Shown piece by piece: positions 13,948 through 25,508 of a DNA stretch of 64,000 nucleotides. Source of the DNA: Octopus sinensis (lineage: Eukaryota); assembly GCF_006345805.1 (NCBI RefSeq), contig NW_021832384.1, positions 62,001 to 126,000 on the forward strand. Reading direction: 5' to 3'. The notes under the pieces were generated by a model, which did not search any database, was not told the origin of the DNA, and saw only the letters and a list, made by a program, of their open reading frames with translations. The number at the start of each line of letters is the position of its first letter. Position 1 is the first letter of the stretch. Made by a program: the position numbers and the translations under genes.

Positions 13948-14564
13948 CTGAACAAGAACATAGAACCTGTCACAAATCAATGATCCCAAGCAGTTAAGCA
14001 TGACATTTAAAAGAAATTCTTCTCCTAAGATGATAGTCTGCTGAAGAACAATTTCCCAGAATGTCTCAGTACCCCTCCTTGCATAATCCAAAGCATCCTT
14101 TTTTTTTCCCTTTTTGTAATTATCATATTAGGCATGGCTGTAATATCAGAATGTAAGAAGTTTGCTTCCCCACCACATGGTTTTGGGTTCAACCCCACTA
14201 TGTGGCGCCTTGAGCAATTATCTTCTACTATAACTCCAGGCCAACCAAAGCCTTGCGAGAAGATATGGTATATACGCAGATATTGAAAGAAGCCTGTTGT
14301 GTGTGTGTGTGTGTTACTGTCTCCTTGCCTTGGCATTGTCTGGTAGTGTTACCATCCTGAAAGCAGCGTCTGTCATTTTCAATCTTCCACAAAAACATGT
14401 CAGGTTGTGGGAAAATATTACCTTATTTGGAAGAAAGTAAGGGTAAGTGACAGGAAGGGTATCTAGCTGTACAAAAAAAAAAAAAAAAAAAATTCTGCCG
14501 ACAAATTCCACCTGGCCCAGTGCAAGCATGGAAAAGTGGATATTTAAATAATGATGATGATGAT

Positions 14565-16031
14565 ATCATGACTATGCTAATGTTCTCTGAATTGAATGTA
14601 AATATCTCTACATAGTTAAGTGACGCATCTAAGAGAAAACAGATGCAAAACCTGTTCTTCTGAAAGTCAATCTCAACAGCTGGTGCAACAATGTGCAAAA
14701 ATGATATACAGTTTATTTAACATATTAAATTGCATTCCAACTTATAATTTACTGCCTTGCTCAAGAGTATTGTTGTCTATCCTTCGGCCGGTCCTCTTTC
14801 TGACAGGCCTATGATCAAAGATGTACTTAAAACCATCTTGCATTACATTCAGATAAGGTGGTGAGCTAGCAGAATTGTTAAAGCACTGAACAAAATGCTG
14901 CTGGGGCTGACTTTGCCTTTCATCCTTTAAGGTTTTTTAAATAAGTTCCAGTTGATGATTATTCTAACACGTGTCGGTGACACGTAAAAAGCACCATCCA
15001 ATCGTGGCCATTGCCAGCCTCGCCTGGCCCCCGTGCCGGTGGCACGTAAAAAGCACCATCCGATCGTGACTGTTGCCAGCCTCACCTGGCCCCCGTGCTG
15101 GTGGCATGTAAAAAGCACCATCCGACCGTGGCCGTTAGCCAGCCCTGTCTGGCACGTAAAAAGCACCCACTACACTCACGGAGTGGTTGGCGTTAGGAAG
15201 GGCATCCAGCCATAGAAACATTGCCAGATCAGATTGGGCCTGGTGCAGCCTTCTGGCTTCCCAGACCCCCAGTTGAACCATCCAACCCATGCTAGCATGG
15301 AAAGCGGACGCTAAATGATGATGATGATGATTCAATGGGAATATAGCTGGTATTACTAGTAGGTTGCAGAGTCATTTAGAAGTTTTCCCATTAAAAATAA
15401 TTTCTATTTACTAGTAGAGTAGGTTGAAAGTAAGTCAGTAGTTGATACCTGAGTACCGAACAAGAGACAAATAAATGCTTTGTTAGGTTGTTTAGGGTGT
15501 TGGTGTTCACTAGGTCGACAGGGGAACTAATTGCAGCCAGATGTAAACCCCTGAGGAATAAACATATTTTTTTGTAAAGAATTAAATTCATTTAAAACTA
15601 TAGATAATACACACTTCTCATATCTGTAGGGACATTTGGAAAATCTTGGTCTGGTGCTTTCTATAAATCTTACTAATTCCAAAAAAATATTCAAAATTAG
15701 ACATACAGACATCCATACATATAGATACACACACATGTGTATATACATACATTTATTTATAGACTCAAATACACATAAAAACATATATTTATTTATGGAC
15801 ACACATGTGTGTGTATGTATATATATATATATATATATATACATTTTATATATATTCTTCTACTTGTTTCCGTAGTCGAGCAAATCGATCCCAGGACTTA
15901 TTCTTTGTAAGCCTAGTACTTATTCTATCGTTCTCTTTTTCCAAACTGCTAAGTTACAGGGATGTAAACACACCAGCATCGGTTGTCAAGCGATGTTGGG
16001 GAGGACAATATATACACACACATACATACAT

Positions 16032-16075
<44 letters not shown>

Positions 16076-16653
16076 TATATATATTTATTTATATATATAT
16101 ACACATACACACACAACGGGCTTCTTTCAGTTTGTCTACCAAGTCCACTCACAAGGCTTTGGTTGGCCCAAGGCTATAGTAGAAGACATTTGTCCAAGGT
16201 TTATGCAGTGGGACTGAACCCAGACCATGCAGTTGGGAAGCAAGCTTATTAGCACACAGCTATGCGTGCACCTGTATGTAAATGAAATTAAAGAAACATA
16301 CATTTATTTATATAATGACATCATGATTATGCTAATGGTCTCTAAATTGAAACATTGAATGTAAATATCTCTACATAGTTAAATGACGTGTCTAAGAGAA
16401 AACAGATGCAAAACCTGTTCTTCTGAAAGTCTATCTCAACAGCTGCCGCAACAATGTGCAAAAATGCGATACAGTTTAATTAATACATCAAATTGCATTC
16501 CAACTTATAATTTACTTCCTCACTCAAGAGTGTTGTTGTTTATCATTCAGCCAGTCCTCTTCCCGACAGGCCTATGATCAAAGATGTAGTTGGAACCATC
16601 TTGCATTACATTCAGATAAGGCAGTGAGCTGGCAGAATTGTTAATGCACTGAA
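14565..16653. repeat. Dispersed ~325-bp direct repeat (14565-14890 and 16320-16653)
   Basis: Clearly alignable with scattered substitutions; mostly not a recognised TE. Confidence 0.85.
15449..15550 (-). CDS. Candidate exon, unidentified minus-strand gene
   Basis: tttattcctcag| 102 nt CAG|GTATCA. Open only in phase 2/2: GLHLAAISSPVDLVNTNTLNNLTKHLFVSCSVL. Confidence 0.45.
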
Positions 16654-17586
16654 TTCCACTGAGGTCAATTCTACCTTTCATCCTTTTGGGGTCGATCTAA
16701 TTGACTGGCCTAGCTCCCCCAAAATTTCGGGCTTTGTGCCTAGAGTAGAAAAGAATCGTTAACCCCTTCATTACCAACCCGGCTGAAACTGGCTCTGTAG
16801 TACAAATGCCTTATGCTTACTCTTTAACTTGTTTCAGTCATTTGACTGCGGCCATGCTGGAGCACCACCTTTAGTCGAGCAAATCGATCCCGGGACTTAT
16901 TCTTTGTAAGCCCAGTACTTATTCTATCGGTCTCTTTTGCCGAACCGCTAAGTGACAGAGACGTAAACACACCAGCATCGGTTGTCAAGCAATGCTAGGG
17001 GGACAAACACAGACACACACATATATATATACATATATATACAACAGGCTTCTTTCAGTTTCTGTCTACCAAATCCACTCACGAGGCATTGGTCGGCCCG
17101 GGGCTATAGCAGAAGACACTTGCCCAAGATGTCACGCAGTGGGACTGAAACCGGAACCATGTGGTTGGTTAGCAAGCTACTTACCACACAACCACTCCTG
17201 TGCCTTGTTTTCACAAGTTTTGAATTAAAATCTCCCACCAAACCTTAGTCACAGTTTATGTTCCTAACACTAGTTGAATGATAACTAAGTTATTTTATTA
17301 AATTATTTGTTATATTAAAAGTAATTGAAAGAAAGACAGAACATCTCAAAATAAATACAGTAACGAAAGGGTTAATGTACTGAACAAAATGTTTAACAGC
17401 ATCTCTTCGGGTTTTATGTACTGTGTACTGAGTTCAAATGCTACTGGGGTCGGTTTTGTCTTTTATCCTTTCAGGGTTGATAAAACAAGTACCAGTTGCG
17501 CATTGGGGTTGATGTAACTGACTTAACCCCTGTCTCGAAATTACTGGTCCTGCGCCAAAATTTGAAGCCAGCATATCAAATTGCAG

Positions 17587-17825
17587 GAGGCATATGGCTT
17601 AGTGGTTAGGGTGTCAGCACCATGATTGTAAGATTGTGGTTTCAATTCCTGGACCATGCGACGCATTTTGTTCTTGAGCAAAACACTTCATTTCACGTTG
17701 TTCCAGTCCACTCAACTGGCAAAAATGAGTAATGCTGCAATAGACTGGCATCCTGTCCAGCTGGGGAACACATACACCATAGAAACTGGGCCCATGAGCT
17801 TGGCTAGGTTTTAAAAGGGCGCATT
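17587..17825 (+). mobile_element. tRNA-headed SINE family D (representative)
   Basis: A/B-box-like head, then TTGAGCAAAACACTT...CCAGTCCACTCAACTG core. Related copies at about 1477-1830, 3630-3835, 11185-11450, 27225-27535, 60810-61035. Confidence 0.7.
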
Positions 17826-18327
17826 TATTTTTATTTATTATATCAAATTACACACCACTGCATCATGCACAAAAGTGTTGTTGTTTACCCTTGGATCAGT
17901 CCTACTCCTGATAGGGCTAAGATCAAAGACATTCTAGTGGAAACAGTCTTGCCTTATATTCAGGCACACAACCTATTGGTCTCAAATTTTGGTACAAGGC
18001 CAGCAATTATGGAGGAGAAGGTAAGTCGATCACAATGACCCCAGTGCACAACTGGTGCTTATTTTTCTCGACCCCAAAAGGATGAAAGGCAAAGACAACC
18101 TCAGTGGAATTTGAACTCAGAATATAAAGATGGACAAAATGCTGCTAAGCATTTTGCCCAGCCTGGTAACAATTCTACCAGCTCGCCGCCTTATTCAGGC
18201 ACAGCATACCAAGGACTTTATCTAAAGTGTTCTTGCACTCATATATATATATATATATACATACATACATATACATATATATAGGCGCATATATATATAT
18301 ATATAGGCGCATATATATATATATATA

Positions 18328-18473
18328 GGCGCAGGAGTGGCTGTGTGGTAAGTAGCTTGTTTACCAACGACATGGTTCCGGGTTCAGTCCCACTGTGTGA
18401 CACCTTGGGCAGGTGTCTTCTAATATAGCTTCAGGTCGACCAAAGCCTTGTGAAGAAGCCTGTCGTATATATG

Positions 18474-18519
<46 letters not shown>

Positions 18520-18735
18520 TGTGTGTGTTTGTGTGTCTGTGTTTGTCCCCCTAACATTGCTTGACAACCGATGCTGGTGTGTTTATGTCCCTGTTACTTA
18601 GCGATTCGGCAAGAGAGACCGATAGAATAAGTACTGGGCTTACAAAAGAATAAGTCCCGGGGTCGAGTTGCTCGATTAAAGGCAGTGCTCCAGCATGGCT
18701 GCAGTCAAATGACTGAAACAAGTAAAAGAGTAAGA
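18328..18735 (+). mobile_element. tRNA-headed SINE family A (representative full copy)
   Basis: GGCGCAGGAGTGGCTGTGTGG head, internal (TA)n(TG)n, tail ...CCAGCATGGCTGCAGTCAAATGACTGAAACAAGTAAAAGAG. Copies at about 9045-9454(-), 15857-16270(-), 16820-17200(-), 31068-31550(+), 33420-34090(+), 41010-41655(-), 47820-48165(+), 49395-49785(-), 52646-53055(+), 53270-53685(-), 54648-55385(+), 60200-60570(-). Confidence 0.85.
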
Positions 18736-19028
18736 GTATACATGTTATCTATTCCTGCATCTATATACATAATATATAACACATGCACACATCTGTATAC
18801 GCACGCCCACACATACTTTTGAATATTATATATCAAACACGCAGTGTGTGACCAATGATGCATGTCATACATCAGAAGGCTTAGTCATAAACGTATAAAC
18901 ATTTCTGACAATGCGGAAAACGGATGTACATTTAAAGAACATACATGTGTATACATACATAATCGTGTCTATGTTGGCAAGGGTTGGACTATTAAACTTA
19001 TGTATGTGCGTGCTTATATATATATGAA

Positions 19029-19247
19029 TACAAGGGAGGTGGATGATCAAAAGGTCCGGTTTCTGGGTAAAAGAAGATACTAGATTATTAGTTATGATTT
19101 TATTCAACATATTCCCCTCTCAGATCCACACACTTATTGCAGCAGTCCTTCAGTTTTTCTAAGCCCCTGTAAAGATCTCTGAAGGTTGGGCATCCAGCCA
19201 GGCCCCTTGCAATACCCTTAAAGCCAGGAACTTTTCAGCACCCTCTC
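19029..19247. mobile_element. Mariner-like terminal fragment
   Basis: Begins TA-CAAGGGAGG...TCAAAAGGT, resembling mariner TIRs; no partner end found. Confidence 0.35.
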
Positions 19248-19458
19248 ATGTGTGTGTGTGTGTATATATATATATACACCCACACATGTTCGTGTTCGTG
19301 TTCTATGCTGGCATGTGTTGTATTGTGTGCATGTGTATATATACTCACAGATATTTTTTTTACTTGTGTCGGTCACTGCACTGCGGCCATGCTGGATCAT
19401 ATGAACTGCAGTACTTATTCTCTAAGTGTGGTACCTAGTCTATCGCTACAGTTTAGGT

Positions 19459-19600
19459 CAGGGGTAGGGAGACTTTTTAGTGCGGCGAGCAAAAATTTCC
19501 AAAGATAAAGGTCCGCAGGCGGATCACAAGTTCTAATTTTTATGTTTGTATAAATCTTGTATATATTAATAAAGATAAGTGTAAGACATTAAATTAACGC
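19459..19600. mobile_element. hAT-like terminal fragment
   Basis: CAGGGGTAGGGAGACTTTTT resembles hAT/Charlie TIRs; the other end is not seen. Confidence 0.3.
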
Positions 19601-20178
19601 TGCCACTCAATTTAGGACGTTTATATTACTTATCAGGTAATCTATTTTTCAGCTAGAGCATAGTTGAGTCTCAAGGGGGTGGTACAAACCTAGCAATATG
19701 TGTTTTATAGAGAAAACAAAATTTCCATTCAAATGGCAATTACTGGATGATTTTTGCACATAAGCATATGTATATTGTATCATCATCATCATCGTTTAAC
19801 GTCTGCTTTCCATGCTAGCATGGGTTGGATGATTTGACTGAGGGCTGGCGAACCAGATGGCTGCACTAGGTTCCAATCTTGATCTGGCAGAGTTTGTACA
19901 GCTGGACGCCCTTCCTAACGCCAACCACCCCGAGAGTGTAGTGGGTGCTTTTACGTGCCACTGGCACAGGGGGCCAGTCAGGCGGTACTGGCAACGACCT
20001 CGCTCGAATGTTTTTACATGTGCCAGTAAGGCGAAGCTGGTGACGATACCGCTCGAATGGTGCCTTTTACGTGCCACCGGCACGGAAGCCTGTTAGCCGC
20101 TCTAGCAACAATCATGCTCGGTTGGTGCTCTTAGCACCTGAAAGATTTACTATATTCTGTACATACAAGTATACCAAC

Positions 20179-20259
20179 CTGCGGATGCAATAAAATGGGC
20201 TCGCGGGTGCAAGTGCACCTGCAGGCAAGGGTTTCCCCACCTCTGGCTTAGGTGAACCA
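20179..20259 (-). CDS. Candidate exon, unidentified minus-strand gene
   Basis: tttctgtctcttag| 81 nt CAG|GTTGGT; GC-richer than its flanks. Two open frames: GSPKPEVGKPLPAGALAPASPFYCIR or VHLSQRWGNPCLQVHLHPRAHFIASA. Confidence 0.45.
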
Positions 20260-20829
20260 CTAAGAGACAGAAACATTAACAAAGCAACACCGATTGTCAA
20301 TCAGCAAGAAACAGACAAATACATATTGATGAAGTGCTTCTGCACATTTCTGGCCAAAACAAATCCACTCGCAAGTTACTGGTCAGCCCAGGGTTATAGA
20401 GCAAGACACATTTTTCATTGTGCTGCTCAGTAAGACTGAGCCTGCAAACCACGTGGCTGCAAAACAAACTTTTTAATCAGACATGTATGTATAATCAAAT
20501 ATATACAAACACATTTGTTCACAATCTCCTTTCCTCCACCTACTCAGAAATGGAAATACAGATTTTTTTTTCTCCCCCCACAAAGGGTGTGGTTAGAAAC
20601 CAGCTTATGACTAATAACAAAATAGTAGCAACAAGACATAACATAGATATGAAACCCCACTGACAATGATATGGGAGCGATGAAGAGATAGGGCTGATTC
20701 TGCAGTAGTTATACTGCTATTACTAATAATAGTATTACCACATGAGTATGTAAGGGTGTATCTATGTACATTATCTATTCATCTATCTATATATCCATCT
20801 CGCTCTCTGTTTTATATGTATATAAACAC

Positions 20830-21870
20830 CTACACATAAATGTGTGTGTGTGTGTGTATATGCATACACAAGTGTGTGTATATCTATACACATACATGAG
20901 TGTGTGTGTATGTATGCACATACATACATGAGTGTGTGTATATGTTTACACATACATACATGAGTGTGTGTGTATACGTTTACATACATACATGAGTGTG
21001 TGTGTATACGTTTACATACATACATGAGTGTGTGTGTATACGTTTACATACATACATGAGTGTGTGTGTATACGTTTACATACATACATGAGTGTGTGTG
21101 TATACGTTTACACACATACATGAGTGTGTATATGTATACACACATACATGAGTGTGTATATGTATATACATACATGCGTGTGTATATGTATATACATACA
21201 TGCGTGTGTATATGTATATACATACATGCGTGTGTATATGTATATACATACATGCGTGTGTATATGTATATACATACATGCGTGTGTATATGTATATACA
21301 TACATGCGTGTATATGTATATACATACATGCGTGTATATGTATATACATACATGCGTGTATATGTATATACATACATGCGTGTATATGTATATACATACA
21401 TGCGTGTATATGTATATACATACATGCGTGTATATGTATATACATACATGCGTGTATATGTATATACATACGTGTGTATATGTATATACATAATGCGTGT
21501 ATATGTATATACATACATGCGTGTGTTTGTATATACATACACGAGTGTGTTTGTATATACATACATGAGTGTATATGTATATACATACATGCGTGTGTTT
21601 GTATATACATACACGAGTGTGTTTGTATATACATACATGAGTGTATATGTATATACATACATGCGTGTATATGTATATACATACATGCGTGTATATGTAT
21701 ATACATACATGCGTGTATATGTATATACATACATGTGTGTATATGCATACACATACACGAGTGTGTATATGTATATACACATAAGTGTGTGTGTGTGTAT
21801 ATATACACACACCCACATACATACATACATAAATACATACATAGACAAACACACACACACATGCCCACAC
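20830..21870. repeat. Compound 24-26-bp AT/GT minisatellite
   Basis: Units such as CATGCGTGT(GT)ATATGTATATACATA with blocks of variants; source of the spurious long ORFs. Confidence 0.95.
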
Positions 21871-21948
21871 ACTTATGTATGCTTAGCGATGAACTTAGTT
21901 TCAATAAATCTCAAGTACTAGGAAGGTGCCTGGCATGTAATATCTCAC

Positions 21949-22010
21949 CTTACAGGCGGGTGGGTGTTCTTTAGCCTCTGTTGGCATGCTATCTAGGTGA
22001 GAAATAACTT
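21949..22010 (-). CDS. Candidate exon, unidentified minus-strand gene
   Basis: tttttcacttgtag| ... AAG|GTGAGA, with an alternative donor T|GTAAGG 5 nt earlier. One open frame: VISHLDSMPTEAKEHPPACK. Confidence 0.4.
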
Positions 22011-22458
22011 CTACAAGTGAAAAATGCTATAGGATCATGGTATATCATCATCATCATCATCGTTTAACGTCCGTTCTCCATGCTAGCATGGGTTGGACGG
22101 TTCGACCGGGGATCTGGGAATCCAGAAGGCTGCACCAGGTTCCGGTCTTATCTGGCAATGTTTCCACAGCTGGATGCCCTTCCTAACGCCAACCACTCCG
22201 TGAGTGTAGTGGGTGCTTTTTACATGCCACCTGCACTGGTGCCAGGCGAGGCTGGCATCGGCCACGGTCGGATTGGTGCATTTTACGTGCCAGCTGCACG
22301 GAAGCCAGTCGAGGCGGCACTGGCTTCGGTATACTTTGCAGCAATTTATTTTATTGGCAAGGTTAAAAAACCCCCCAAAAGACATATGATGGATCTACAC
22401 ACAAATTTCACCTCTATAATCAAATGACTGCATGAACTGCTCAATGGTTCAGATCCTA

Positions 22459-22870
22459 TTTATTACCTCCGCCAAGAAAGGAGAACATGTTTTCATTGGT
22501 GTTGGTTTGTCCGTCTGTCTGTCTGTGTGCAAAATAACTCAAAAAGTTGTGAATGGTATTTGATGAAACTGGCAGGAAAAGTTGATAATGACACAAGGAA
22601 CAGATGATGAAATTTTGGTAGTGATCCGGGAATTTTTTATGGATTCATGAAGGATTTTTCATTTGTTATATTTACTTTACATGAAGTATTACAATGTTAC
22701 GTTCTTTGATTATCTTCCTCGAAAACACGTTCGTCATTTCCACGTAACCTATGGTGGCGTTGCTGTTTCCAAATTTTATTTTTGTTTCTTTATTAGTAAT
22801 TTTACTTGTGTATCTATCTTAAAATGAGCTGCTTGGTGGAGGTCTGCGCTTTCTGAGGGCTTTTCTAGTT
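22459..22870 (+). mobile_element. Helentron-associated non-autonomous element (HINE/DINE-1-like)
   Basis: TTATTACCTCCGCCAAG subTIR, (GTCT)n, inverted subTIR CTTGGTGGAGGT, short 3' palindrome, TTTTCTAGTT end. Confidence 0.65.
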
Positions 22871-25469
22871 GCTATTAAATCCATATTTTTTTTGAAACAC
22901 ATAAATCTAAAATTGGTTTGATGTCTTATTGTAGACACATACAGGTAACTAAATGACATGCTGGGTCATCTTATATTGAAATCAATCTGGCACCCGTGCA
23001 GGTGGCACGTACAAAGCACCCACTACACTCACGGAGTGGTTGGCGTTAGGAAGAGCATCCAGCCGTAGAAACACTGCCAGATCAGACTGGGCCTGGCGCA
23101 GCCTTCTGGCTTCCCAGACCCCAGTTGAACCATCCAACCCATGCTAGCATGGAAAATGGACGTATGATGATGATGATGATGAATCTAGCACATGCATACA
23201 AACACACACACACACACAGCATCATCACCCTTATCATCTATATCGTCCTCTTCCTCATCATAATCATTAATAGGATCGTTTTAATGTCCATGCTTGCATG
23301 GTCAAGACAGAATTTGTCTGGAGCAGATTTCTACAGCAGGATGTTCTTCCTGTCACCAAACCTCATTGGTTTCCAAGTAAGGTATTATTTCCCCTAGTCC
23401 TTTGAACACGAACAGCCCCAATGGCCAGACCATTGTGCTGTTTGTTTCTATATATAGGTTATTATCATCATCACCATGTAATATCCGTGTTTTATGCTGG
23501 CATGGGTTGGACTGTTTGACAGGAGCTGGCGAGAAAGGGGACTCCACCTAGCCTCACTGTCTGCTATGGCACCCGTGCCGGTGACACATAAAAGCACTGT
23601 CCGAATGCGGCAGATGCCAGCGCCGCCTGACTGACGTCTGTGTCGGTGATACATAAAAGCACCAACCGATCGTGGCCGTTTGCCAGCCTCCTCTGGCCCC
23701 TGTGCCAGTGGCATGTAAAAAATATCCACTACACTCATGGAGTGGTTGGCATTAAGAAGAGCATCCAGCTGTAGAAACATTGCCAGATCAGACTGGAGCT
23801 TGGTGCAGCCTCCTGGCTTCCCAGACCCCGGTTGAACCGTCCAATCCATGCTAACATAGAAAACGGATGTTAAACGATGATGTTGATGATGCCCTTCCTA
23901 ACACTCATCCCATTACAGAGTGTACTGGGTGCTTTTTTATGTAGTATCAGCAGTAGTGAGGCCACTATGTAAATTGCAAGACAAGGAGGTGGCTTAAAGC
24001 CAGGAGATGAAACATTAAATTATGAGAGAGGGGTAGGAAGAGGTGTCTTGCTGTAGAGGGGACACATGGCTACTCTGATCAGATAAAGAGAGAAGATGGT
24101 AGTAAAGATGTATCGGGGCATACTCTCAGGTTACAGGAAGGTGAATGAAAGAGAAGTGGTACAGAAGACTGGACAGAGTGAAAGTGTAGATAAGTTAGCA
24201 AGAGTGTGAAAGGATGCTGACAGATGCATGCATCATCATCATTATTAGTGTCCATGTTCCATGCTGGCATGGGTGAGATGGTTTGACCGGAATTTGTGAG
24301 CCAGAGAGCTGTACCAGGCTCCAGTCTGGTTTGGCTCAATTTCTAGGGCTGGATGCCCTTCCAAAAGCCAACCACTCCAAGTATGTAGTGTGTAGCCTTA
24401 CATGTGACTGGTACGAGCACCTTTCATGTGTCACTGGCCATAACTAGGATTTAACTTGGCTTGATGTGTCTTCTCAAATGCAGCAAATTGCCAAAGGTCT
24501 TGACCACCGGTCATCACCTTTACGAGACTCAACATCCAAAATTCACGCTTCACAACCTTGTCCCATGGCTTTCTGGGTCCTAACTCTTCCATAGTTAGAG
24601 ATCGACACTGTGTGTGTGTACATACGTATACTGCAAATAAACTTATATGAACAGAGAAAAAGAAAACGCACCAAATCCACTCACAAGGCTTTGGTCATCC
24701 TGGGGTTACAGTAGTAGGCACTTGGCCAAGGTGCTATATCTATATATCTCTCTCTCTTTCTATATGTATCTATATATATACATCTTTCTCTCTCTATATA
24801 TATATCTATATATATCTTTCTCTCTCTCTCTATATATATATATATATCTTTCTCTCTCTATATATCTAACTATATATGGCTGAAATACGATTAATGTAAA
24901 AAATAAAAATAAAGCTGAAGCAAATTAACACCAAATATATAGTGCGTGTGTTTTATTGGCTAAACTGGCAACATGACCGTCCCCAAATACAACAATATCT
25001 GTTTCAACACACGATTTCACATCAAGAATCTTGCAAAACGTACATATATATATCATCATCATCATCATCACCATTTAGCGTCAGCTTTCCATGCTAGCAT
25101 GGGTTGGACAGTTCAACTGGGGTCTGTGAAGCCAGAAGGCTGCATCAGGCCCAGTCTGATCTGGCAGTGTTTCTACGGGTGGATGCCCTTCCTAACGCCA
25201 ACCACTCCGTGAGTGTAGTGGGTGCTTTTTACGTGCCACCCGCACAGGTGCCAGACAGAGCTGGCAAACAGCCACGAACGGATGGTGCTTTTACGTGCCA
25301 AATATATATATATATATATGTGTGTGTATGTGTGTGTGTGATTGATTATATGTACACACACACAAAGACAGTCATATTCATGTGTTTAAGTAAACATGTA
25401 ATTAATCTTGCTGTGAAATTAAGTCCCCGCGTTGAAGTCATAAGGATTCCAGCAGCTTGGATTTCTCAC

Positions 25470-25508
25470 CTTTTCAAACTGCCCAAAGGAAGTAGAGTAA
25501 AAATACAC
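25470..25508 (-). CDS. Candidate exon, unidentified minus-strand gene
   Basis: atttttattag| 39 nt AAG|GTGAGA. Reads VYFYSTSFGQFEK (phase 0) or CIFTLLPLGSLK (phase 2). Confidence 0.35.

Noticed and set aside
20783-21974. Long ORFs (250-300 aa) on both strands; similar ORFs at 42862-43632, 45950-46635 and 36437-36955
   Set aside because: Translations of (TA/TG/CA) satellites giving Y/I/H/C/V/M repeats; no splice or domain evidence.
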